This document shows, piece after piece, positions 45,853 through 54,872 of a stretch of DNA of 64,000 bases. The position numbers and the translations under genes were made by a program. The stretch spans positions 917,583 through 981,582 of the forward strand of contig OY762069.1 in assembly GCA_963665095.1 (NCBI GenBank), given 5' to 3'. How positions within the stretch are numbered: the stretch's first letter is position 1; every line of letters starts with the position of its first letter. The stretch is from an uncultured Desulfobacter sp. (lineage in GTDB: Bacteria > Desulfobacterota > Desulfobacteria > Desulfobacterales > Desulfobacteraceae). The notes under the pieces were generated by a model. The model searched no databases. It was not told where the DNA came from and saw nothing but the letters and a program-made list of their open reading frames with translations.

Positions 45853-47109
45853 ATGACAGAAAATCAGAAAAAAGAGGTTGCCGTGTTCAGGTTTGGGGTC
45901 ATTTGTGAATTTGTGACCGGAACAAATTTTGATTACGGTGAAAAAGAACGAATTTTACAGCAGAAGTGCGCCCGCAAATGGTCCATCCCGTATTCTGGAA
46001 GGACCAGGCTTTCCAGAAGTACGATTCTGGGATGGGTCCGGCAGTATAACGGTCGAATAGAGTCTCTTTACCCCAAAGACCGTTCAGACCAGGGAAAATC
46101 AAGGGTATTCGATGACGAGACTGCATCTCAACTAATCAAACTCCGGTTAGACCAGCCTGATGCGACAGTCGATACATTGATCTGTTCACTTCAAAAAACT
46201 ACATGCCAGACATACAGTCCATCCAGTGTATACCGTTTTTTACGCGGCCGGGGGCTAATGAACACGGCCCGGCCAGAGGATAGAAGAAAGTTTGAAGCCC
46301 CGCACCCCAATGATATGTGGCAAAGCGACGTCATGCACGGCCCTACAGTCCTGGTTCAGGATAAGCAAAGAAAAACGTACCTGATTGCCATTATGGACGA
46401 TCATTCCAGGCTGGTTACGGCTGCAGGTTTTTATTTATCTGAGAATCTGAAGACCTATCTTATGGTGCTGGAGCAGGCTTTTTTGAGCCGTGGGCTTCCC
46501 CGCAAGCTGTATGTAGATAACGGTCCTGCGTTCAGATCCCATCATTTAAAATATGTAGCAGCGTCTCTGTCCATCGCTTTAATCCATGCAAGGCCATATA
46601 AGCCCCAGGGGAAAGGTAAAATCGAGCGCTGGTTCAGAACGGTTCGGCTTCAGTTTCTGCAAAGATTTACAGGTAAGACCCTGGATGATCTGAATGGGGC
46701 ATTTGAGAAGTGGCTTCATAATGAGTACCATCAGCGTAAACACAGCTCCACAGGCGAATCACCGTTTAAAAGATTTACCTCGGCCATGGAGTGCATCCGT
46801 ACCGCCCCACCGGATCTGAAAGACCACTTCCGCAAAACCGCCCGGCGCAAGGTGGCAAAGGACCGAACCATCACCCTTGACGGCAACATGTTTGAGGCCC
46901 CGGTTGCGCTGATCGGCAGACATGTGGATGTAAAGTACCATGAGGACACCCCTTTGCAGGCTGAAGTTATCTATAAAGCAAAGTCTTATGGCTTGTTAAC
47001 CCCGGTGGACCTTGCTGTGAACTGTCGGGTCAAGCGGCACCGCTGGAACGAAAATGATATCCGGATTATGCCTGAACCCTCAAATTACAAGGGAGGGCAA
47101 CTGTTATGA
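45853..47109 (+). CDS. DDE transposase, integrase-core (rve) type, TniA/MuA-like
   Basis: D in MWQSDVMHG, D in LYVDNGPAF, and E in GKGKIERWF. Confidence 0.8.
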   Translation: MTENQKKEVAVFRFGVICEFVTGTNFDYGEKERILQQKCARKWSIPYSGRTRLSRSTILGWVRQYNGRIESLYPKDRSDQGKSRVFDDETASQLIKLRLDQPDATVDTLICSLQKTTCQTYSPSSVYRFLRGRGLMNTARPEDRRKFEAPHPNDMWQSDVMHGPTVLVQDKQRKTYLIAIMDDHSRLVTAAGFYLSENLKTYLMVLEQAFLSRGLPRKLYVDNGPAFRSHHLKYVAASLSIALIHARPYKPQGKGKIERWFRTVRLQFLQRFTGKTLDDLNGAFEKWLHNEYHQRKHSSTGESPFKRFTSAMECIRTAPPDLKDHFRKTARRKVAKDRTITLDGNMFEAPVALIGRHVDVKYHEDTPLQAEVIYKAKSYGLLTPVDLAVNCRVKRHRWNENDIRIMPEPSNYKGGQLL

Positions 47110-47915
47110 GTGAAATGTATCGTACCTTTTTTGGCTTATATAGGGAGGCCTTCCCGGCGCAGATAGAAATCAATGATATCCTGGTCACCCCGGAGGTCTC
47201 GGGCGTTAAAAATCGGATTGATTATTCCTTAAGACTTGGTTGCAGTGCGGTTATCACAGGGGATGTGGGCAGCGGAAAGTCCACCGCCTTAAGGTATGCC
47301 GCCTCATCCCTACACCCTTCGGAATACAAAGTCTTTTATGTTACGGCCTCAAGCGGTTCCATCATGGAACTTTACCGGCAGATTGTTGAAGAACTGGGCA
47401 TAGAGCGGACATCGACGTCCCGCGCTGTTATGATCTCCATTATTAAAAATGAAATACGTGAATTCGTCCTGGGAAAAAAGATCAAAACCGTTTTGATTAT
47501 AGATGAGGCATCTCTGCTTCGCATGGAAGTCTTTGCCGAACTTCACACCCTGGTTCAATTTGAAAAAGACGCCATGCCCTGGCTGCCTGTGATCCTTGCA
47601 GGTCAGCCGACATTGATAGATAAGCTTCAGTACCGGACGTCAATCCCGTTTGCATCCAGGATTGTGGCTAAAAGCCATCTGGATGGTCTGGATGTGGCTG
47701 GAATGAAAACTTACCTGATCCATCATTTAAAACTATGCGGTGTTGACACCAACTTTTTTTCTGACCAGGCGGTGACTGCGATTCATCAAGGCTCCGGCGG
47801 CCTTTTACGAAAGGCGAATAATCTTGCCAGAGGCTCATTGATTGCTGCTGCGGCAGAAAAATCAATGACGGTATCTGCAGAGCATGTCCGCATTGCTTCA
47901 TCGGAAATTTTTTAA
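47106..47915 (+). CDS. AAA+ ATPase, TniB/ExeA-like
   Basis: Walker A is GDVGSGKST and Walker B is VLIIDEAS. It overlaps the transposase by 4 nt. Confidence 0.8.
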   Translation: MSEMYRTFFGLYREAFPAQIEINDILVTPEVSGVKNRIDYSLRLGCSAVITGDVGSGKSTALRYAASSLHPSEYKVFYVTASSGSIMELYRQIVEELGIERTSTSRAVMISIIKNEIREFVLGKKIKTVLIIDEASLLRMEVFAELHTLVQFEKDAMPWLPVILAGQPTLIDKLQYRTSIPFASRIVAKSHLDGLDVAGMKTYLIHHLKLCGVDTNFFSDQAVTAIHQGSGGLLRKANNLARGSLIAAAAEKSMTVSAEHVRIASSEIF

Positions 47916-48283
47916 GAAAAAACAGCCATAGAGCAGAATATTACGATTTCGGTGAAACGGAGCCGGGCTCTGCTGAGGAGCAACCTGGTAAGGGATAGCC
48001 GGAAGCAGGCAGCATTGAATAATGCGCCAGGGGAAGTGGGGATTACCTGCTTCCCCTTTCTGCTTTATTCAAGCTGTTCTGCCTATGCCTTAAAAACCTA
48101 CTGAGAAGGAGCGCAGCGACTTCTGTAGCTGTCTTAAATAATATGGAAAAGATTTAATCTGTTCAAAATAATTAGAAAATTTAAGTCAGGATAAAATGCG
48201 ACTCAACACTGGATGTTCCTATCGAAGAACTCATCGGGATTCAAGATCAGACATTCTCAGCTGGCATTCGTAGCCTTTCTGAG

Positions 48284-49560
48284 ATGGCATCCTATATTGA
48301 AAGTTTTCATTCAGAAAACTTGTTTCATTTTGATACCTTGAAAAAGTCATATCCGGAAATTGTAGACCCGGAATTGCAGTTTATTGATCAACTGATAGAC
48401 AATCAGATCATCAACAGCTTGATTACACCCGACAGCTATTCCGCCCCGCACAGGGATATTCAGCCATATCAGTTGTTTCGATGGAGCTTTTAAAAATAAT
48501 CAAATACCCAGAGATCAGTTACAGAAAATTTTGCAGCGACAAGTATTTTGGTAGAGAACGAAAGCAAAACCGGCGTTTTGTGAGACTGCCTTTAAAGACT
48601 AAACTTCAGGCTGACCATACTGAATTGTGTCATTTTCGGCGTAGCCTGAATTTCACACAACTAATGAATGTCCTGGTGTATTTTTTCCATCATTTTTATA
48701 AATCTGGTTGTCTTGAAAGCGCGGTTATTCATGGCGTTGATTCTACTGAGTTGCCATCAGAGATCAACTATCCCCTTTGCACAATTAAGATCAAAGGCAA
48801 AAAGGTACGAATCTATTCCGACATGGATTGTGATTGTGGAAAGCGCCGGAAGAAAAGAGATAAGTCGTATTATGTTATTGGCTATCGGCTTCACACCCTG
48901 ACAGCTATCAATCCATTGACTGGCCATAGCTTTCCTTTGGTATCCCTTGTGGGGGCAGCCAATCATCATGACAGCCTGTTTTTAAAACCTTTGATAAAGC
49001 TTGCTCAGGCATTAGGCATTGATATTAAGTTGATAACGGCCGATCAGGCTTATCACGATAGTGACGGTTCTACTCTTAATGACACCGGAGTTTATATTGT
49101 CGCCCCTGCATCAGAGAAAACGAAACTACCTGAAAATGTATTAGAATCACCCTTGAGGGTTACCTGTAATGATTCATGCGAGTTCCCAATGAAGTATTTG
49201 GGGACAACACAGGACGGCCATGAATTTGGCTGCGGTACAACACCAGGTGAGTGTATGTTCGAATCAAGATCCCCCAAATCAAGAGTCCTGGCTTTTGATA
49301 GTGGTTATTTCCAGCCAATGCCGACGTTTCATCAAGGTTCTCAAGAAGCAATCGAGATTCGGAAGAACTGTGAACGTCCTTTCAATTTGATGAAAAAAAG
49401 GGAAGGCTTCGAACAAACAAGGGTAAGAAGCCAGCATGCTGTAGTTGTTCGATCAGCGTTGACAACAATTGTAACCTTGTTGCTTGAAATGGCTGGTACA
49501 AGGCAGAAGCCTCAGAAAAAATATAATAAACAAAGGGAGTTGTTTGCAGCCACAGGATAA
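48284..49560 (+). pseudogene. IS4/IS5-superfamily (DDE_Tnp_1-like) transposase, N-terminus apparently frameshifted
   Basis: Two overlapping ORFs (48284-48493 and 48481-49560). Contains ..LITADQAYHDSDG.. and ..CERPFNLMKKREG.. . The IS ends were not identified. Confidence 0.55.
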
Positions 49561-49772
49561 ATCAAAAAATTCGACATTGAATTTTTCATAAAACCGATAG
49601 CTCGGACAATACCGGTATATCTGAAACCTCACCAAGGCCGTTTCATAAGATGAAAACACGCGGTAAAAATCAAATTCAGATTATACGACGGTAAAAATGA
49701 ACTACTGGATTTTGAAAAAGAAAAAATTCAAACCTGTGAGGCAATTATAACTCCGTTATGATTTAAATAGTG

Positions 49773-50612
49773 TTATTTTTTAAAAAAGGTGCCGGCATGG
49801 CCGGCCAGGGTGGCCATTAACGCTTTTGTGGCATGACCCGGTGTACCATTGCCGATCAGAGTGTCATCTACCTGAACCACCGGGACAATTCCTTTATTTG
49901 TTCCCGTGATGAATACTTCCGATGCTGACAGCAGGGTGGAAAGAGGCAGGGCCTGCTCTAATACGGGAAATTGCACTTTGGCCATGGTCAGAACGGTTTT
50001 ACGGGTAATGCCTTTGAGCACCCCTTTTTCAGGTGTGATCAGCGTGCCGTTTACAAATGCAAACAGGTTGCTGGTCGTCCCTTCAAGAACAACCCCGTCC
50101 CGGGTAGTGTACAAGGCTTCGGCAGCCCCGGCTGCTTTGGCGCGCTTGAGCGCGAGGACTGCCGGAATATAGTTGGTCACCTTGGCATCCGGGATGGCGC
50201 GTTCCTGGGTAAATGTGATCACTTTTATTCCGTTTGTATACCAGTGGGCGGGCAGCGCAGGGATTTCTGTGGCAAGCACAATGAGTCTCGGGTGATCTGC
50301 AGGGCTGAAAAAGTCAGGGCTGGTTCCCCCCGTAATAAGAATGCGAATATTGGCCTCGTCCATGCCGGGATTTTTCTTCAGTACCTCAAGGACAATCTGT
50401 TTTATCTGTACATGGGACCACTCAGGATCAAGACCGATTTTTACAGCAGACGCCAGAAGTCTTTCTATGTGGTCATCCAGACAAAAAGGGGTACCCCCAT
50501 AGGTTCTGATAATATCACAAACCGCATACCCTCTGAGTACGGCAAGGTCATCCACCGGAATAACAGCCTTGTCCCAGTCCACATACTCACCGTCCACATA
50601 AACTGTTTTCAA
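49773..50612 (-). CDS. class IV (branched-chain / D-amino-acid) aminotransferase
   Basis: ..VYVDGEYVDWDKAVIPVDDLAVLRGYAVCD.. / ..EGTTSNLF.. / ..ITGTNKGIVPV.. . The likely start is TTG 50612 (LKTVYVDG). Confidence 0.8.
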   Translation of the reverse strand: MKTVYVDGEYVDWDKAVIPVDDLAVLRGYAVCDIIRTYGGTPFCLDDHIERLLASAVKIGLDPEWSHVQIKQIVLEVLKKNPGMDEANIRILITGGTSPDFFSPADHPRLIVLATEIPALPAHWYTNGIKVITFTQERAIPDAKVTNYIPAVLALKRAKAAGAAEALYTTRDGVVLEGTTSNLFAFVNGTLITPEKGVLKGITRKTVLTMAKVQFPVLEQALPLSTLLSASEVFITGTNKGIVPVVQVDDTLIGNGTPGHATKALMATLAGHAGTFFKK

Positions 50613-50741
50613 AGCAATCCCTCCCAAAATTGAAAAATGCTGCCAGGTATAGTAAAAAGTGATATTTAAAATACGCACCCGCTGTCTGGTTTCAATGGGG
50701 TTGTCAAAATAAAACCGGGCTGCCCGAAAGGAGAATGACTT

Positions 50742-51482
50742 ATGGGACTGATTGCTGGTATTCGATATAACATCCGTGGTACAGCTCTGGCCTTGAAAAC
50801 ACCAGAACTTTTGATTCTGGGGCTTATACGGTTCGCTGTGGTCTTTCTGTTAACCATTTTACTTATCAGTATGGTGCTCTACTGGCACAATGATATTCTG
50901 TCCGCCATCTGGCAGATGCCTGAAAGTCGGTGGCTTGTCTGGTTGTGGCATGTTGTTTCCTGGTTTTTAACCGCATTTCTGGCGGCCTTAGCCATGCTGG
51001 TTTCCTATCTGTTGTCCCAGATTTTTTTCTGCGTGTTTATTATGGATTATATGTCCAGGATCACTGAGCGGATCATGCTGGGAAAAGAGGCCCCCAGTGC
51101 CCATACATCCATATTCGGGTTGTTTTTTCATTTAGTACGACAGGAGATACCCAGGGCTGTTATCCCTGTGGTGATTTCCATTGTCATTATGCTTGTAGGG
51201 CTGCTCACGCCGGTTAGCCTTGTGATTCTGGCTGTTTCATCCATTGCTGCTGCAGTGTTTCTGGCCTGGGACAATACCGACCTTGTACCGGCAAGACGCA
51301 TGCAGCCCTTTAAGGAACGGTTTCAGTTTTTAAAGAAAAATATTTTATTTCATATCGGGTTCGGGCTGTTGTTCCTGGTACCCTGGTTGAATATCCTGTT
51401 TTTGTCCTTTGCCCCGGTGGGCGCCACACTTTATTATTTAGACAGGGAAGGAGGCGGCCAGGGCAGTGGAACTCGTCTGTAA
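50742..51482 (+). CDS. EI24/CysZ-like integral membrane protein
   Basis: Polytopic membrane ORF. The N-terminus GLIAGIRYNIRGTALALKTPEL is typical of the family. Confidence 0.55.
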   Translation: MGLIAGIRYNIRGTALALKTPELLILGLIRFAVVFLLTILLISMVLYWHNDILSAIWQMPESRWLVWLWHVVSWFLTAFLAALAMLVSYLLSQIFFCVFIMDYMSRITERIMLGKEAPSAHTSIFGLFFHLVRQEIPRAVIPVVISIVIMLVGLLTPVSLVILAVSSIAAAVFLAWDNTDLVPARRMQPFKERFQFLKKNILFHIGFGLLFLVPWLNILFLSFAPVGATLYYLDREGGGQGSGTRL

Positions 51483-51858
51483 AAAAGCCGATCCGGAAAC
51501 CGGGACGCGCAGTGATGCCCAGAGCATAGAACTGCCGGAGCCGGTTATTTCCTGCCGCAACTGCCTGTCCTTAATAACAAGACCGATATTTTCACTGAAT
51601 ACGGGCCAGGGCTTTGCCCAGACCTTTGCCAATCCGGCAGGCCATGTTTTTGAAATCGGCTGTTTCAGCAGTGCTGACGGATGCGTGCGGGCATCTGCCC
51701 CATCCAGTGAATTTTCATGGTTCCCAGGATTTGACTGGTCCATTGGCATATGCCGAAATTGCGCAATACAACTGGGCTGGATATTTTTTCCGACCCGGGA
51801 AGGGCAGGGCAGCAGGTTTTATGGCTTAATCCTGGATATGCTGATCTTTCCATCTTAG
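51466..51858 (+). CDS. CULT-domain (bacterial cereblon-like) protein
   Basis: CRNC .. FANPAGHVFE .. W.PGFDW .. CRNCAIQLGWIF (two CxxC pairs plus conserved Trp residues). Confidence 0.6.
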   Translation: MELVCKKADPETGTRSDAQSIELPEPVISCRNCLSLITRPIFSLNTGQGFAQTFANPAGHVFEIGCFSSADGCVRASAPSSEFSWFPGFDWSIGICRNCAIQLGWIFFPTREGQGSRFYGLILDMLIFPS

Positions 51859-51960
51859 GCAGTACACAAAACCGGAAAAGCCAGGTGTTATTTTGGGGTA
51901 ACAGCACAAGGGGCTTTTCCGGTTTCGCATGGCCGTTGTCACCAGGACAGCATCGTCTTT

Positions 51961-53400
51961 TTACATTATTGCTTTATTAAGTGCCAGATGGCACAGGATA
52001 CTTAGAATATAACCCATGGCAATGACAGGGGTCCACTTCAAATGGACGCCAAAGGTATAGGTTCCCCTTGCCGTTCCCATAAGGGCCACGCCAGCAGCTG
52101 ACCCGATTGCCAGCATGCTGCCGCCGGTACCTGCTGTCAGCGTGACCAGCAGCCATTGACCGTGAGACATGGATGGATCCATGGTGAGAACCGCGAACAT
52201 GACTGGAATGTTATCCACAATAGCTGACAGAACGCCCACAAAGCTGTTTGCCCAGGTAGCGCCTAAATCCAGGTACATAAATTTTGAAATCATGGCCAGA
52301 TATCCGAACTGGGCAAGGCCCCCTACGCACAAAATGACCCCGTAGAAAAACAAAAGCGTATCCCATTCGGCTCTGGATATCTTTTTCATAATATCAAAAG
52401 GTATAAACTTGTCCGAAGGGTTACAGTTATGATCCCTGACACCGAGGATGGCATCATATTTGTGGCTGCGGTTTTCATGGCGCTTGATGTGATAGGAAAA
52501 AATCCCAAGATATCCCAGCCCCAGCATCATTCCGGCTGCCGGAGGCAGGTGAAGCGCGTTATGAAAGCTCACAGCTGTCACGATGGTTGCCAGAAACAGC
52601 CCCACAATGACCCAGGCACCGTATTTCATGGAAACAGACTCTTCCAGCGCTTCAGGCACATCCCTGTCAACGAAGAGGCTCATGACCACCGCCGGAACCA
52701 GCCAGTTCACAAGGGAAGGAATAAAGATGGCAAAGAATTCCGAAAAGGCCACCTTGCCTTTCTGCCAGACCATAAGGGTTGTAATATCACCAAAAGGAGA
52801 AAATGCCCCGCCGGCATTGGCGGCCACCACAATATTGATACAGGCAAGGCTGATGAAGCGTTTGTTTTTTCCGCCCACGGCCATGGCCACAGCCCCCATG
52901 AGAAGCGCGGTTGTCAGATTGTCTGCCACAGGCGAGATAACAAATGCCAGCAGGCCGGTAATCCAGAAAATTTTTCTGAGCGAGAAGCCGCGGGAGACCA
53001 GAAAGGCACGCAGCTTTTGAAATACATTTCGCTCCTCCATGGCATTGATATATGTCATGGCAGCCAGCAGAAATAAAAACAGTTCCGCATATTCGACCAG
53101 GCTGTGCTTGATGGCCTCATGGGCCGTATGCGTATCACCAATGCCGTTGTAGGCAAGCGCCACCAGGAACCATATGATACCTGCCGCCAGCAACACCGGT
53201 TTGCTTTTTCTAAGATGGATATTGTTCTCCAGCGGGACCAGTGTATAGGCCGCCACAAAAAAGAGTACGGCAAGACATCCGTAAACCGTGCCGGTAAGTT
53301 CCAGAACTTGTGCATCTGCCGTCTCGGCCAGGGCTGAACCCATGAACGGCAGTATCAGCAATCCAGTTGCCATCAACATACATTTAACTACATCTTTCAT
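51961..53400 (-). CDS. NhaD/ArsB-superfamily Na+/H+ antiporter
   Basis: 479-aa polytopic permease with NhaD-like length and hydrophobic repeat pattern. A LysR/NhaR-like regulator lies divergently upstream. Confidence 0.7.
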   Translation of the reverse strand: MKDVVKCMLMATGLLILPFMGSALAETADAQVLELTGTVYGCLAVLFFVAAYTLVPLENNIHLRKSKPVLLAAGIIWFLVALAYNGIGDTHTAHEAIKHSLVEYAELFLFLLAAMTYINAMEERNVFQKLRAFLVSRGFSLRKIFWITGLLAFVISPVADNLTTALLMGAVAMAVGGKNKRFISLACINIVVAANAGGAFSPFGDITTLMVWQKGKVAFSEFFAIFIPSLVNWLVPAVVMSLFVDRDVPEALEESVSMKYGAWVIVGLFLATIVTAVSFHNALHLPPAAGMMLGLGYLGIFSYHIKRHENRSHKYDAILGVRDHNCNPSDKFIPFDIMKKISRAEWDTLLFFYGVILCVGGLAQFGYLAMISKFMYLDLGATWANSFVGVLSAIVDNIPVMFAVLTMDPSMSHGQWLLVTLTAGTGGSMLAIGSAAGVALMGTARGTYTFGVHLKWTPVIAMGYILSILCHLALNKAIM

Positions 53401-53629
53401 CTATGTAACTCCCTTCTTTTTGTTGTCACCGCATTAGATCCGGATCAAGTAATCTAACAAAGCAGCATCATTTTCACCTCAACACCGTGGACCCTTTTTC
53501 CAGCGTCATGTCAGGGGTCCACCAACTGACAATTTTAGTTGCAAACAAAAAGGAACGATGATAGAGACCCTGAATATTTCGGTCAAATAGATAATATAGT
53601 CGATACCATTCGACAAAAGCGAACGAACT

Positions 53630-54538
53630 ATGGAATGGCTTAATTACCATCATCTTTTTTATTTCTGGACTGTCATGAAAGAGGGCAGTATCACGGCGGC
53701 CAGCAGCAGGCTCAGTCTTGCCCAGTCCACTGTCAGCGCCCAGCTGACCAAATTAGAGGAGTCCTTTGGGGGCAAACTGTTCAACCGGCAGGGACGCAAA
53801 CTTGAGGCCACGGATTTAGGGCAGCTGGTGTTTCAATATGCGGATAAGATATTTTCCCTGGGTCGTGAACTGATGGACCAGATTCACAGCCGGCCTGTGA
53901 TCGGCCCGCTGTCATTACGGGTGGGTATTGTGGATGTGGTGCCGAAACTTGTGGCCAGAAAACTGATTGAACCAGCCCTTAACATGGGGAAAAATATCCG
54001 CCTGGCCTGCCATGAAGGCAAAGAAACAGATCTTCTGGCAGAACTTGCCCTGCATAAACTGGATCTGGTCATTTCGGACGGACTGCCGAAACCCGGCTTA
54101 AGTGTAAAGACATATAACCATTTTTTAGGGGAGTGCGGCATCACCTTTTTTGCGGAAAAGAAACTGGCCCAGGGCCTGTTAAAAACATTTCCCCAGTGTC
54201 TGGATAATGCGCCCATGGTCATGCCCCTGAGCATGTCCATGCTCAGGGGTGCGATAGACCAGTGGTTTGACGCCCTGTCCATTCGACCGGTCATAGTTGC
54301 AGAGTTTGAAGATAATGCGCTGTTAACTGTTTTCGGGCAGGCCGGTGACGGTGTTTTTATGGCCCCCACCATTATAGAATCAGAGGTCGCGACCCAATAC
54401 CAGGTGGATATTATCGGCCGGTGCGACAATATCAAGGAAAGATTTTACGCCATCTCCGTGGAACGGATACTCAAGCATCCGGCAGTTGTCGCCATCACAG
54501 ACACAGCCCGTCATTCGATTTTCCATAGCAGCCTTTAA
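53630..54538 (+). CDS. LysR-family transcriptional regulator (NhaR-like)
   Basis: MEWLNYHHLFYFWTVMKEGSITAASSRLSLAQSTVSAQLTKLEE. Confidence 0.85.
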   Translation: MEWLNYHHLFYFWTVMKEGSITAASSRLSLAQSTVSAQLTKLEESFGGKLFNRQGRKLEATDLGQLVFQYADKIFSLGRELMDQIHSRPVIGPLSLRVGIVDVVPKLVARKLIEPALNMGKNIRLACHEGKETDLLAELALHKLDLVISDGLPKPGLSVKTYNHFLGECGITFFAEKKLAQGLLKTFPQCLDNAPMVMPLSMSMLRGAIDQWFDALSIRPVIVAEFEDNALLTVFGQAGDGVFMAPTIIESEVATQYQVDIIGRCDNIKERFYAISVERILKHPAVVAITDTARHSIFHSSL

Positions 54539-54872
54539 ATAACAGAGGGACGATTAATATTAGACTTATGTTAAATTGTCTGGAACTAATTGATAATTTG
54601 GTAAAAAAACTGTTAATACAACGAACAATTACAACCGAACCTGAATATAGGGCAAAATATTTAGTTAGGGATCAGATAGAACGACAGCCGAAGTTACAAA
54701 CATTTTTTTTGTTTGTGTTCAACTGGGGCTCCTTTACCGGATCCCGTTTTTTTTTGTCCCAAAGCCAGAAACAGCCAGATACTTGAATTACAACAAAATG
54801 ATAAGATTCCTGTTTGAAGACAAGGAGAATGTTCAACTTAACGCTTCAAGTTGATTGGATAAATAGTGGCAC

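Larger units (their letters stand above)
45303..48130 (+). mobile_element. second TniA/TniB-like transposition module (ends not determined)
   Basis: It has the same three-gene layout as 30027-32978. The ~190-bp region after the ATPase gene (47940-48125) is homologous to 33160-33345. Terminal repeats were not found, so it may be truncated. Confidence 0.55.
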
